A stretch of 64,000 bases of DNA from Amoebidium appalachense. Its lineage: Eukaryota; Protista; Ichthyosporea. The position numbers and the translations under genes were made by a program. How positions within the stretch are numbered: the first letter of the stretch is position 1; each line of letters begins with the position of its first letter. Location: positions 5,710,245 to 5,774,244 of the forward strand of contig CAVNZM010000009.1 of assembly GCA_963693365.1 (NCBI GenBank), written 5' to 3'. Positions 26,401-40,928 of this stretch are shown here, piece after piece. The notes beneath the pieces were generated by a model. The model did no database searches. It was not told where the DNA came from and saw only the letters and a list, made by a program, of their open reading frames with translations.

Positions 26401-27580
26401 AAAAACCCCCGTGTCTTCCCCTTTCTTCCCCCCCCCCCCCCCCTACTCAGTGACGTCACACAACAGCGGCTCTAATTTTTATCATGACCAATTTTATCAG
26501 GGCCACCGTGTTTGAACTTACTGGTACTGTAACTGATACATGTGAGCAAACTCATTTTCATGAGATAACGCTCTAATGTGATGTACACGAAAAACAACGA
26601 CCGTCGATTTACGGAAATAAATTGAAAGTTACTGTATAACTGACAAAATGATACAAGGAGTATGTGCGTGCCACTGGTGACAAGTCTTTCGATTATCAGA
26701 CAACAAACTTGTGTCAGTGTGTGTGTGTTTGGGGGGGGGGGGGCGGGGGGGGGGGGGGGGGGGGGGGGGGGGTGGAGCTACATAGGTGTAATATCGACGT
26801 ATAAGGCTAACATTCAATAGTAATGATCGAGAGTCACGTCACCGTGGTCTTCTTAGGTTTGCCAGAAAGTTTGCATGTGTGACACAGTGTGTGCGCTCTC
26901 CTTCTTCCAGGCTTTCTCTTTTTTTCCCTTCGAATCTTCTTCCCGCGCGCGGCTTTCAAGGCTAAATTATACTGTATTTAAAAGTTTCCGTTTCTTTTCA
27001 GTATCTCTTCCACGTGATCTTTGTGTGCACGGAATCTGTGCCCATGCATGGGCGATGACTCTGAGCCACCTTTTTTAGTATGGTGGTATTGCAATTGAGA
27101 TGCCGGAGACTTTTATAGTACTTCACTAAAGCCTTAAAACTCAGCTACAAGTATATATCCACTCTTCGATACAAGAACGCGACGCCATCGCACTGAAACA
27201 ACATAAGCTAAAGAAACATGCCCTCGCAAGCAGCAAACTACAAACTAGATTCCAAACTACCTGACTACCGTACGGCGTACACACTTCGGTAAATTAGCAC
27301 GTAAGGCACATGTACCGTCAACGTGCACCGATCATGTACAGTGTAGTGCATAGCTATATATCTAGCGGGAGACTACTCGCGGCAGGCCGCAGGAGTTTAA
27401 CTAATGGAATCTTACGAATCCACATCTGGCATGTGATTGGTTCTTAAGGCTTGCGGAATCCGATATTGCATACCAAATTTGTTTCCATTTTATCCGGCAT
27501 TATGTCTCATTATGTCATGATCACAGGCGCCGCCATCACATGCTTTCCATATATGGCACAATATCTCGTTCCGAGCCACT

Positions 27581-28018
<438 letters not shown>

Positions 28019-28546
28019 CTAATGAAGTTTTTTAACGAAAATTTCTCTCTACCTCCCCCCCCCCCCCCCCCCCGGCCCCCCCCACCCCCCACCCCCCCCC
28101 ACACACACACGCATACCCACCCACCCCCAACCCCCTCCAGGATGCTGATCGTTCAATTATTTCATTATTCGACCTAATTTTTTTCTATGTCTCCCAGCCA
28201 CCAAGTTTTATCATTAATATTTCTTCGTCCCCTTCCCCCCCCCCCCCCCCCCCACACACACACCGCCCGCCCCTCCCCCCGCCCCGCCCCGGGCCCCAGT
28301 ATATATACGTAGCACATTGGATTCGAATTCGAAGTTCCCTGCTATGTAAGTTACCTATCGGATTGCATATGATCCTGCATTCGTGTTGCAACCACCGAGC
28401 CGTGTATCAAGATCCCCATTCCCTTATACGAGTTCTTCTGGCCGTGGCAGGTCACGTTGTTCGAATGATACTACACGTTTACACGATCACACTCGTCACA
28501 CTGTGGCACCGTGACACGCGTGCACGCACACGCACAAAGGACGGTC

Positions 28547-28699
<153 letters not shown>

Positions 28700-30402
28700 G
28701 ACGGTCCGTGACACACGTGCACGCGTAGTATATATCTGTATGTGTGGAGGGGAGGGAGGGGGGAGGCGCGGGGGGGGGGGGGGGGTACTATGAAGTTTTA
28801 TCATTACTTTCAATAAATGTTACCAGAGCCACATGCACAGGATATATGCATGACTATGTAGTACGTTTGTTTTATTCGGACACTGCATACCAACGGTTAA
28901 ATTTAACTCTGAGCACATTTCCATTTTATCCTAGCCTCGTGATCATGAGTCATAACATGACTCGTGACAGGCCCGGTCATTCATTCAACTATGAGCACAT
29001 TTCCATTTCATCCTAGCCTCGTGATCATGAGTCATATCATGACTCGTGACATGCCCGGTCATTCTGAACTCATTCAACCTTCAGCTACTGCAATAGAGTC
29101 TCTTCCCAAATCTATATATACCACTACTGCACAGCATGCCCCCCCTCCCCCCCCGCCCGGGCCCCCTCCACCCCCCCCCCCCCCCCCCAAAAAAAAAAAC
29201 CAAAAAAAAAACCCGTGTCTTCCCCTTTCTTCCCCCCCCCCCCCCCTTCTACTCAGTGACGTCACACAACAGCGGCTCTAATTTTTATCATTACCAATAT
29301 TATCAGGGCCACCGTGTTTGAACTTACTGGTACTGTAACTGATATATGTGAGCAAACTCATTTTCATGAGATAGCGCTCTAATGTGATGTACACGAAAAA
29401 CAACGACCGTCGATTTACAGAAATAAATTGAAAGTTACTGTATAACTGACAAAGTGATGCAAGGAGTATGTGCGTGCCACTGGTGACAAGTCTTTCTATT
29501 ATCAGACAACAAACTTGTGTCAGTGTGTGTCTGTTTTGGGGGGGGGGGGGGGGGGGGGGGGGGGCCGGGAGGGAGGGGGGGGGGGGGGTAGGTGGAACGT
29601 TGTACATAGGTGTAATATCGACGTATAAGGCTAACATTCAATAGTAATGATCGAGAGTCACGTCACGGTGGTCTTGTTAGGTTTGCCAGAAAGTTTGCAT
29701 GTGTGACACAGTGTGTGCGCTCTCCTTCTTCCAGGCTTTCTCTTTTTTTCCCTTCGAATCTTCTTCCCGCGCGCGGCTTCCAAGGCTAAACTATACTGTG
29801 AAGTTTCCGTTTCTTTTCAGTATCTCTTCCGCGTGATCTTTGTGTGCACGGAATCTGTGCCCATGCATGGGCAATGACTCTGAGTGTCCACCTTTTTTAG
29901 TATGGTAGTTATGCAATTGAGATGCCGGAGACTTTTATAGTACTTCACTAAAGCCCTAAAACTCAGCTAAAAGTATCTATATATCCACTCTTCGATACAA
30001 GAACGCTACGCCGTCGCACTGTAACAACATAGGCTAAAGAAACATGCCCTCGCAAGCAGCAAACTACAAACTAGATTCCAAACTACCTGACTACCGTACG
30101 GCGTACACACTTTGGTACATTAGCACGTAAGGCACATGTACCGTCCACGTGCACCGATCATGTACAGTGTAGTGCATAGCTATATATCTAGCGGAAGACT
30201 ATTCGCGGCAGGCCGCAGGAGTTTAACTAATGGAATCTTACGGATCCACATCTGGCATGTGTTTGGCTCTTAAGGCTTGCGGAATCCGATATTGCATACC
30301 AAATTTGTTTGCATTTTATCCGGCATTATGTCTCATCACATATGTCATGATCACAGGCCGCCATCATTTCCATATATGGCACAATATCTCGTTCCGAGCC
30401 AC

Positions 30403-30495
<93 letters not shown>

Positions 30496-30498
30496 TGA

Positions 30499-30534
<36 letters not shown>

Positions 30535-30537
30535 TGA

Positions 30538-30577
<40 letters not shown>

Positions 30578-30586
30578 TCTGACATG

Positions 30587-30751
<165 letters not shown>

Positions 30752-30761
30752 CCCCCCCCCC

Positions 30762-30804
<43 letters not shown>

Positions 30805-30863
30805 CCCTCCCCACCCCTCCCCCCGCCCCAGCGAGTCTCCCCCGTCCTCCCCCCCCCCCCCCC

Positions 30864-30895
<32 letters not shown>

Positions 30896-31642
30896 AAAAA
30901 AAAAAACACACCATCACGCAGTCACACACCGTGGCACCGTGCTTCAATTTTAGCGGCGTGTCTGGCAGCGCCGTAAAATCGTCTTTTTGTATTTACTTCG
31001 CAATATCATATTTTTTGTCTTTGAATCATATTGCACGGGGCCCGATATCACAGATACACCGGCCGGCGTTCACGAAGCCTTTGCCAAATCACTTTTCCTT
31101 GAGACTGGTGACTGGTAACGTTTGCCTCCGACTTTGAATGTTGCACATGTATGTATTCAGTTCATCATTACCCAATACAAGCCTGAGGAATAGACTCGGT
31201 GTTGTATAATATGCTGCTACAATGCTGGCAGAATAAACTGAGGGCTAAACCGCACCATGCGCACGAGCTCTGTTTTCCTTGTGAAGCTTATACTCAGGGT
31301 ATGTGCCCCGGTATGTAATATTTTTATCTATGTAATATTTTTATACAATGTATGCCAACTCATGGCAGAGCTCTTGATTCCTTGGAGGCTTCTCCCTCGA
31401 TAGCCCAAAGCGAGGTCAAAGCGACGACACCGAGGATTTTTTATCATCCTGGGCGCCGCCTGTGACAAAGAGACACGGCAGGTTATGAAATCCTCGATAG
31501 TGTCCTTGTTTAGTTGTTAGGCTCGAGAAGACCCGCTTTGTATAAAACCCTTCATTCCCCACTTTCGTACACACCAGATGCGTGAGCCCAGCCACTCGAG
31601 CGCATTCGTTCAACAAGTTATAAATTTTCTGCAGACAGCACA

Positions 31643-32287
31643 ATGATGCGCCCGAAGAGCATCCTCTCGGCCATGGTGGCCCTTGGCGCCCTAGCCGCCA
31701 GCGTCATGGGCAGCTGTGACGACAGAATGGTGAAGTGCTACGCATGCGACTCGAACATGAGAGCGGAAGACGGAGGCTGCAAGGCCTGGCTCGACCACTT
31801 TGCAAAGAAAACAGAGAACACCGATTGTGTTGCCACAGTCGACCTCGCCTCAAGTACTGTGCTCAAGAGGCTCCCGACGGGGTTGAGATACCTTGGGTTT
31901 GCGTGGGCTGGCCATTGCTACGAGTTCCTTAGCGGTTGTAATTTCTGCTCCGGTGCACAGGGTGGAACGGGCGCATGCCGTGACAGATACGGCTCAGCTT
32001 TGGCCTCCGGTGAACAGGTGTTCGGCTCCTGTACTGCATTGGGCTACTATCAGGACGAAAATGTCCTTGGGGGCGATTATGATTGGGAAATCGACGAGGA
32101 TGCCAGTGCGGAGGAGCGGAAGGAGGTGGAGCAGGATGCGTACCGCTACCAGATGATTCTGTCGCCCGACCCTTACGCGTTTGTGAACAAGCCGGCCCAA
32201 GCCAAGTCGTACGCCCCTCCTGGCCGCAAAGCAGGCCGTGTGCAGACCCCTTGCAGATATGGCAAGAGGTTCGGGGGTCAGTACTAG
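31643..32287 (+). CDS. Intronless secreted cysteine-rich protein, 214 aa (copy 2)
   Basis: Paralog of 8488-9132 with no indels. All 10 Cys are kept and one is gained (R204C). Confidence 0.85.
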   Translation: MMRPKSILSAMVALGALAASVMGSCDDRMVKCYACDSNMRAEDGGCKAWLDHFAKKTENTDCVATVDLASSTVLKRLPTGLRYLGFAWAGHCYEFLSGCNFCSGAQGGTGACRDRYGSALASGEQVFGSCTALGYYQDENVLGGDYDWEIDEDASAEERKEVEQDAYRYQMILSPDPYAFVNKPAQAKSYAPPGRKAGRVQTPCRYGKRFGGQY

Positions 32288-32707
32288 ATATGATGCCATG
32301 GCGGTCGCCATGATGTCACGTGATACCGTGGTGTTAAGGAGACTTGTAGTTTGTAGGTGAGTCGTCATATTATGATCATGAGGCCGTAGCCACAAGTTCG
32401 GAGTATTAAAGGCGTGATACTATTGTAGGTGTTTGTCTTGGTGCATTAGGACTGTAGACAGTAGTGTGGTATTCCAGTGAATGACTCAACCGAGCTCGAG
32501 TGCACATATCCTCCAGGAGTGGGATATTAAAGTTGTATCCAATGAGGATTCAATACCTTCCTGAGTCGTGTGTGCAGTACATCGGGCTGATAGTCTTGAA
32601 CATGTTGTGCCGCTCCAGCAGATTATGATATTGCAATCGATGCCTGTGCCGGGCTGGCAAGGGCTTAAATGCAATTGGTGCCAGAGAAATTACGTCCTGC
32701 AAGCATT

Positions 32708-32739
<32 letters not shown>

Positions 32740-33571
32740 ACCCCCACCCCCTCCCCCTCCCCCCTTCTCCACCCCCATCTCCCGTTCCCTACCTCCCGAG
32801 TTCAGTTCATCGGATGCTGCCACGGTCTAAAATGGGTCCAAGAAGACTCAGGGTCGAGACTCGAAATACGGAGCACTGGATTACTTGCAAGTCCCAGTGG
32901 GTCATGACAAACATGAGTGGGAGTCTGCTTGTGTTGCTTTAATACTGCGCGTCACCGTATGATGTTATATACTTGGATCATGGTTTGCCTTGAGCCTCTG
33001 AGAAATATGCTCTAACTTAATGAGGAATCACGTTAGATCTCAGTGCACATTGTGACTCATAGTGTAGGCATCACTTCGTACCGTGTTTCAAAGTCACTTC
33101 TACAATTACGCTGACCCTAGGGCCCCAGCGAGTCTGTTAAAGGACATTCCTATACAGACTTTAAGAGTTTGAGAAGGGAATGGCCGTGTGGCTTAAGTGG
33201 GAGGCCTGTACTAAGGCACTATGATTAAGTAAAAATGGCCAGTGCTTGACAAATTAGCGTAATTCTGGCGCATGGCATATAATATTACAAACCTCCTTCT
33301 GAATGCGGTAGGGCTTTTGTTTTTTTTCGAATACGGTAACCTTGTTTTTTCATTTCTTTCCCCTCTTCTTGTAAGTCTCCTTAAACCTTCAAAGTTAATC
33401 TACTTTTTTTTCATGAAGTTTGTTTCTGGTGTCTATTGGGCGTTTCGGTAAACCGGCGGACAGAGTCACAGCTCTTCAAAGTACTACTGTATATGTGTGG
33501 TAAAGGCTTGGTCTTCAAGCTTCGATGGTACAGTGTTTTTTTTTTTTGGTTTTTCTTTCCAAGTTCCTTTC

Positions 33572-35878
33572 TGTTGGAGTGCAGACTTACGCTCACTCCA
33601 CTATATGTGTATGTTAGCTTTACAATTGGTTCCGTGTACACAGACACACGCTGACACTCGATCACCACATGCACATCTGCATAGTTGAGGAATGTTGCCA
33701 ATTGTGTTTTGACTGCAAACGATTGGTTCACTGGTCCCAGAGATCTCTAAATGAAAGTAACCAATCCGATTAGCACCTGGCATCCGGATTACATTCCAGA
33801 CTGCTGCCCCACGGGTATATAAGCCACGTCTCTGCCAGGTGCAGACATGGAGTTAAGTCATGGAGTTCAGTCATGGAGTTAACACACTGAAAGCAGTAAA
33901 AAAACGGGTCAGCGCCCAAGCGCGCCACGACGACCCTAGTCACAGCGGACTCTACTTCCAACAGGGTTATGGGCCCAGACACGACACCGCGGCCTCTAAC
34001 TTCACGTCCCCTACGACGCCTTGAACGGAGGAGCCCAGAAACCGACTTCTAGGCTGTACCCTACACCCGCGAGCGTATTTCCGTGAAGTAGAGACTTTCG
34101 CTTCCACAAACTCCATCCGCAGCAGCCTGCGACATCAACGTCAAGTATTCCACTTCATTGGCGGGGCACGCACCACAGTGGAATGCACACCCCGGTCTAC
34201 CCTGCAAGCAGCCACACTCACTCTCTCTTCTCTAGTGGTGTGTACACTTCTCCAATTGGGTAGGGGTGTTGGAGTGCAGACTTACGCTCACTCCACAATA
34301 TGTGTATGTTAGCTTTACAATTGGTTCCGTGTACACAGACACACGCTGACACTCGATCACCACATGCACATCTGCATAGTTGAGGAATGTTGCCAATTGT
34401 GTTTTGACTGCAAACGATTGGTTCACTGGTCCCAGAGATCTCTAAATGAAAGTAACCAATCCGATTAGCGCCTGGCATCCGGATTACATTCCAGACTGCT
34501 GCCCCACGGGTATATAAGCCACGTCTCTGCCAGGTGCAGTCATGGAGTTCAGTCATGGAGTAAAGACATGGAGTTCAGTCATGGAGTTCAGTCATGGAGT
34601 TCAGTCATGGAGTTCAGTCATGGAGTTAACACACTGAAAGCAGTAAAAAACGGGTCAGCGCCCAAGCGCGCCACGACGACCCTAGTCACAGCGGACTCTA
34701 CTTCCAACAGGGTTATGGGCCCAGACACGACACCGCGGCCTCTAACTTCATTAGAGACTTTCGCTTCCACAAACTCCATCCGCAGCAGCCTGCGACATCA
34801 ACGTCAAGTATTCCACTTCATTGGCGGGGCACGCACCACAGTGGAATGCACACCCCGGTCTACCCTGCAAGCAGCCACACTCACTCTCTCTTCTCTAGTG
34901 GTGTGTACACTTCTCCAATTGGGTAGGGGTGTTGGAGTGCAGACTTACGCTCACTCCACAATATGTGTATGTTAGCTTTACAATTGGTTCCGTGTACACA
35001 GACACACGCTGACACTCGATCACCACATGCACATCTGCATCAGTCATGGAGTTCAGTCATGGAGTAAAGACATGGAGTTCAGTCATGGAGTTCAGTCATG
35101 GAGTTCAGTCATGGAGTTCAGTCATGGAGTTAACACACTGAAAGCAGTAAAAAACGGGTCAGCGCCCAAGCGCGCCACGACGACCCTAGTCACAGCGGAC
35201 TCTACTTCCAACAGGGTTATGGGCCCAGACACGACACCGCGGCCTCTAACTTCATTAGAGACTTTCGCTTCCACAAACTCCATCCGCAGCAGCCTGCGAC
35301 ATCAACGTCAAGTATTCCACTTCATTGGCGGGGCACGCACCACAGTGGAATGCACACCCCGGTCTACCCTGCAAGCAGCCACACTCACTCTCTCTTCTCT
35401 AGTGGTGTGTACACTTCTCCAATTGGGTAGGGGTGTTGGAGTGCAGACTTACGCTCACTCCACAATATGTGTATGTTAGCTTTACAATTGGTTCCGTGTA
35501 CACAGACACACGCTGACACTCGATCACCACATGCACATCTGCATAGTTGAGGAATGTTGCCAATTGTGTTTTGACTGCAAACGATTGGTTCACTGGTCCC
35601 AGAGATCTCTAAATGAAAGTAACCAATCCGATTAGCACCTGGCATCCGGATTACATTCCAGACTGCTGCCCCACGGGTATATAAGCCACGTCTCTGCCAG
35701 GTGCAGTCATGGAGTTAAGTCATGGAGTTCAGACATGGAGTTCAGACATGGAGTTCAGACATGGAGTTCAGTCATGGAGTTCAGTCATGGAGTTAACACA
35801 CTGAAAGCAGTAAAAAAAACGGGTCAGCGCCCAAGCGCGCCACGACGACCCTAGTCACAGCGGACTCTACTTCCAACA
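33572..35878 (+). mobile_element. Tandem-array TRIM: 4 LTRs and 3 internal regions, 5-bp TSD CTTTC
   Basis: LTRs at 33572-33963, 34267-34709, 34930-35213 and 35434-35878 (TGTTGGA...TCCAACA). Each internal region starts with PBS GGTTATGGGCCCAG and ends with PPT AATTGGGTAGGGG. CTTTC lies at 33567-33571 and 35879-35883, and only once at the empty site 10401-10405. Confidence 0.95.
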
Positions 35879-36546
35879 CTTTCTTCTTGGGAAGATCACG
35901 GTGGATTAGTCGGGGGGGGGGGGGGAGAGGGGGGGGGGGGGGGGGGTCAGTGCTTTCAGATCTGCTGCTCAGTGCAGTGTGTTCATTCCCAAAATTTCCT
36001 TGAATCCTTTTGCTCATCCCTATGTGTACCGTAGACAACAGAACCTCCCCTCTCCCCCCCCCTTTTTTTTGGGGGGGGGGGGGGGGGGGGGGGGGGTACG
36101 GAGAGGAGGGGGGGGAGAGGGGGGAGGGGGGAGGGAGGGGGGAGAACCGGGCCCGTGTGTGTGCGAGCGCATGCACGCGCGTGTGTGTGGGTTGGTGTTG
36201 GTGTGGAAGTGGTGAAGGGGGGGTGCACGGAGGGAGGAACCCGATCATCCCCAGGCTACTTAGGTTCGAGCTAAATCCAGCACCATTGCACTGCTGGCAT
36301 GCACGGCCACTGAGAGAAACAGCACAGATAGGCGTGGCACGGCCAGAGTGAACACAGAGTCACACCTGCGGGTCTCGCCGGTAGTCAGCGGAGGAATTCT
36401 ATTCACTCCCCCCGCCCCCCCCCCCCCCCCCCCTCCACACACACACACACAACCACTCACCTCCTCCCCCTCCCCCCCCTCCCCCCAAACACACACTTAC
36501 ACACCCCCATCCCCACCACCACCACCACCACACACACATGCACTTT

Positions 36547-36580
<34 letters not shown>

Positions 36581-36740
36581 ATGTGGAATGGTGGGTGCTG
36601 CCCCACCGTGACGGATGCCAGCTATGCTGCTCCGTGATTGGTGGATATATTTAGAACTCCGCATCATTGGCCCACATCACTGCTCCAGTAATTGGTCACT
36701 CAGCATTGGGTGTGAAACCCTGCACCCACCATTCCATATT

Positions 36741-36836
36741 GGCCACGACCTACAGGGTGTTGAGCAGCACCAGCCAGAACACAGCCATGCGCCGCAGATC
36801 ACGCAGACGTGCCATCATCCTGCGTGTGTGCATGTG

Positions 36837-36893
<57 letters not shown>

Positions 36894-37810
36894 CGCCACG
36901 AAATAGTCGTCGGACACCCAGTGGTGCTTATACAAAAATTGCTAGTCGCTTTGTTTATCAATTTGTTTATTAATGGAGCAAAACCCCTTCTCTATTCATA
37001 ATATTGATTTAAAGCATTATATGCTCCAGGGTTTGGTATATGACCGTCGATTACTCAGCCCTTCATTTCGCCCGTTCGGCTGGCTGGATCTCCCTAGAGC
37101 GAAGCAAACACATTGAGATTCTCAATTAGTGAATCTTAATTGGTCTAAAGTGCATGTGTGTGTGGTGGTGGTGGTGTGGGGGGGGGGGGAGGGGGGAGGG
37201 GGGGGGGGGAGGGGGGGGGGGAGGGTGGGGGGGAGGGGGGGGGGGAGTAGGAGTTTGTGTGTGTGTGAGTGTGTGTTTGACGAGGGGAGGGGGAGGGGGG
37301 GGGGCGGAGGGGGGAGGCGACTGAGTGGTGTGGGTGTTTGGGGGGAGGGGAGGGGAGGAGGGGGAGAGGGGGAGGGGGGGGGGGGGGGGGGGAGTGAATA
37401 AAGTTCATGTGACTGTGGTCGCGTGGGGAGGAGGGACAGGGGGAGGGGGCTCTGTGTGTGTGTGTTTGGGGAGGAGGAGGGGGGGGGGGGGTAGATGGAT
37501 GGTTACCAGTGTGTGTGTGTGTGTGGGAGGGGGGGGGGGGGGGGGGGGAAGGGGGCGGGGATTTTTGGTGACCAGTTTAGGCATTGAGAGCGCTAGACAA
37601 ACAGATGTTGTTGAATGCCCCCCAACATGTGCTCATATGCCCCCAGTGCACATGTCGACCGTCGCCAGAACAAAGCAAATAACCACAAGGTGGTCATGAA
37701 GGCCGGAAGAAGACGATAGGGGGGGATAGATGATGGGCTGAGGATGACCATGTCATGCCTTTACGCCGGGTGAGAATTAGGGACGGGAAAGCCAAGCATG
37801 TACGAGCATT

Positions 37811-37841
<31 letters not shown>

Positions 37842-39064
37842 CAAGGGTGTGTGTGTTGGGGGGGGGGGGAGGGGGGGGGAAGGGGGGGGGGGAGAAGAAA
37901 ATGGAGTGGGAATGGGGAGAGGAGGATTTTGTTTTTTAGAAAAGGAAAGGTTCTTTCTTTGGGTGGGGGGGGGGGGGGGGGGGGGGGGGGAGGGGAGGGT
38001 TGGGAGGTTACGATTCGTGGTCTGTTGCTGAGCCCTTAACGACTCCGGTGCAAGGTACTGGGCAAGAGTGGTGGTCCAAAAGAACCGCTCATCCTCTGGG
38101 CGTGGATATGTATATTAGGTGAGTGGCTTGGTCAGGAACAGAACACACGAATGCGCAACTGCAGACTGAAGAAACGGAGGTATGGTAGCAAGTGGGCTGG
38201 TTGGTGATCATTCAACCCCCCCGCCCCCCCCCCCCCCCCACCACCACCATCCGCCTCCCCGTCCCCCCCTCCCCCCCACCCCAACCTCTCCAACACCACC
38301 ACCACTGAACTCCCCTCCCTCCCCCCCCCACCACCTCCTTCCCCTCCCCCCACCCCCTCTCCCCCGGCCCTCCTCCAACACCACCACCACCATCAATCAA
38401 CCCTCCCTTCTCACTCCCTCCCAATCAACCAAACAACCTGCACCACTCACCACTTCATCCCTCCCCTCCCCCCCCCTCAACCCCCCTCCTCCCCCCCCCT
38501 GCCTCCTCTTCCTGCTCCCCCACCACACAGACAGACAGACACCTGCTTATGCATGCAACAACGAAAATGGAACGGGACCCACCCGGGACACCATGTGGAA
38601 TGTTTTAATCATCTCTACCCAGCGTCTTGGGTATGGGGGTAGGGCCCGGATCATCATGGGTCGGGTCGACCCGATTAGCATCCGGGTCACAGGTCCTGCG
38701 TGTGTCCTATATGTGCCTTCTACAAGAAGACACACTTTGGTTTTTCGTAATTTTCGACCCATCGCACCGACCGGGACCCCCTTAACCCAATGCTTAAATG
38801 ACTAGTATTTTTTGGCTCTATCGGCGGTACCATTTGTTTGTTAGTGGCGCAATATATATGTATTCTTGATTAAAGAACCGCTGCCACCAGATGACGACTA
38901 CACATGTGAAAAGCCATCCAATCGTCAAATTGATCTTTGTAGTTAGGTCCAACTATACCGATTTCGCTATTACAGAGTGTTTCTTCTCGTAGAAGTTTTT
39001 TTTTAAAATTAGCGGGTGGTTCATGGGCTCACCCTCGGTGGCTCTCAGAGGCACCTCCTCCACC
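36741..39064 (-). pseudogene. Decayed copy of chitin synthase 3' exons (three exons plus intron pieces)
   Basis: Same exons as 11353-12187, plus the RPEDERFFWTTTLAQYLAP exon (~38010-38160; compare ~47630-47775). The W codon of NTLW has become a stop. Confidence 0.85.
38716..38996. mobile_element. Same MITE in duplication copy 3
   Basis: Same position and sequence as 11836-12121, with a few substitutions in the inverted repeats. Confidence 0.78.
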
Positions 39065-39067
39065 CTG

Positions 39068-39183
<116 letters not shown>

Positions 39184-39206
39184 CGTGCGTGTGTGTGTGT
39201 GCGTGC

Positions 39207-39369
<163 letters not shown>

Positions 39370-39627
39370 ATGTGTGTATGAAATTGTGTGTGTAGGAGAG
39401 GACGGGTGTGTGTGTGTGTGTGTGGGGAGGGGAAGGAAGAGGGTGGGGGGGCCGGGGAAGGTGGGGGGGTGGGTGTGTGTGTGTGTGCGTGTGGGGGGGG
39501 GGGGGGGGGGGGGGGGGATATGTGTGTGGCTTGTTGCACGAATTTAGGATTCATGGTATTTCAGTGAGCACTGCAAAAAAAAAAATTGGTGTCGGGAAAA
39601 AGGGTAGAGGGGGCCTGAGATTATAGT

Positions 39628-39761
39628 GTTTGCTTGGACGGCCACATGCGACCAATCAGTTTGCTTGGACGGCCACATGCGACCAATCAGTTTGCTCGGA
39701 CGGCCACATGCGACCAATCAGTTTGCTTGGACGGCCACATGTGACCAATCAGTTTGCTTGG
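39628..39761. repeat. 31-bp minisatellite, ~4.3 units (copy 3)
   Basis: Same unit as 12502-12635. Confidence 0.92.
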
Positions 39762-40832
39762 TTTCCATCAGCCATGGGCTCCTCAGCGTGCTTCAACTTG
39801 CGCACACAGGCCCGTCCAGATACCTCCCCCCCCCCCCCCCCCCCCCCCCAACAACAACAACACACACCCACACACCCACACACCCACACACCCACCCACC
39901 CACCCACCCACACACACACACAGATCAGCACACTGCCGCCACCACCACGACCACCACCACCCAAACACACACATAACACTGTATGTGCTTGCCTTGTGGC
40001 ATAGCATGGACACCGTGCCAGCCACACACTCACTCAAACCTCGGGTCTCCCCCCCCCCTCCCGCCCCCTTCCCCCCTCCCTTCTCGTCTCTCTCTCTCCT
40101 CTCTATGCCATGGTACCCGGGCCCCGAGGGGAGGGGGGAGGGGGGCACCTGTTCAGCGTACTGTATGGGTCCCCCCCTTCCCCTCCCCAAGCCAACTGCA
40201 GAGGTGGGGTTGGTCTCAAGCTTCCCCCCTCCCCCCCACCCCCTCCGGGGTGGAGTGGTGCCTGTCCCATCCCCCCCCTCCCCCGCCCTCCCCCTGTCCC
40301 CCCTCCACCCCCTCTCCCCCGGGTCCCGCTCTGGCACCGGGCCACGCGTGCACACCCATGCACACATTTTGATCCCGCACGTGCACCAAATGAATTCATT
40401 GCGATATGTGTTTGCTCATGTGCTGCTGCTGCGTGCGTGTTCATGCCGTGGTGGTGGTGGTAATGATGATTGTGGCTGTGGCTCAATGTGGGCCGGCGTC
40501 AGGCCCTGGGGGAGGGGGAGGGGGGGGAAGGGCAGGGCCGGGGAGGAGGGGGGAGGGGGGGGGGGGGAGATGGGGGGGCCAGGGGGGCAAGGGGGGGGGG
40601 GGGGGGGGGGGGCTTTGCGGTTGAGTTGACAGGAAGGTGCCACGGTGGGTGGTGGATGGGAAGGGGAGGGAGGGATTAATATTGTTACGGAGTTAGAGGC
40701 GCATGAGAAGCAAAAGGGGGGGGATCTTTCCCTCTCTCTCTCCGAGGGCCTCTCCCTCTCCCCCCCCCCACCCCCCGTTCCCCCTCTCTCTCTCTCCCCC
40801 CCCCTCTCTCTCCCTCCCTCTCCCTCCCCTCT

Positions 40833-40928
<96 letters not shown>

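Noticed and set aside
34568-35479. 135-aa and 150-aa ORFs in the TRIM array
   Set aside because: They run across the 13-bp repeats, LTR end and PBS, show no gag or pol motifs, and are not conserved in unit 1.
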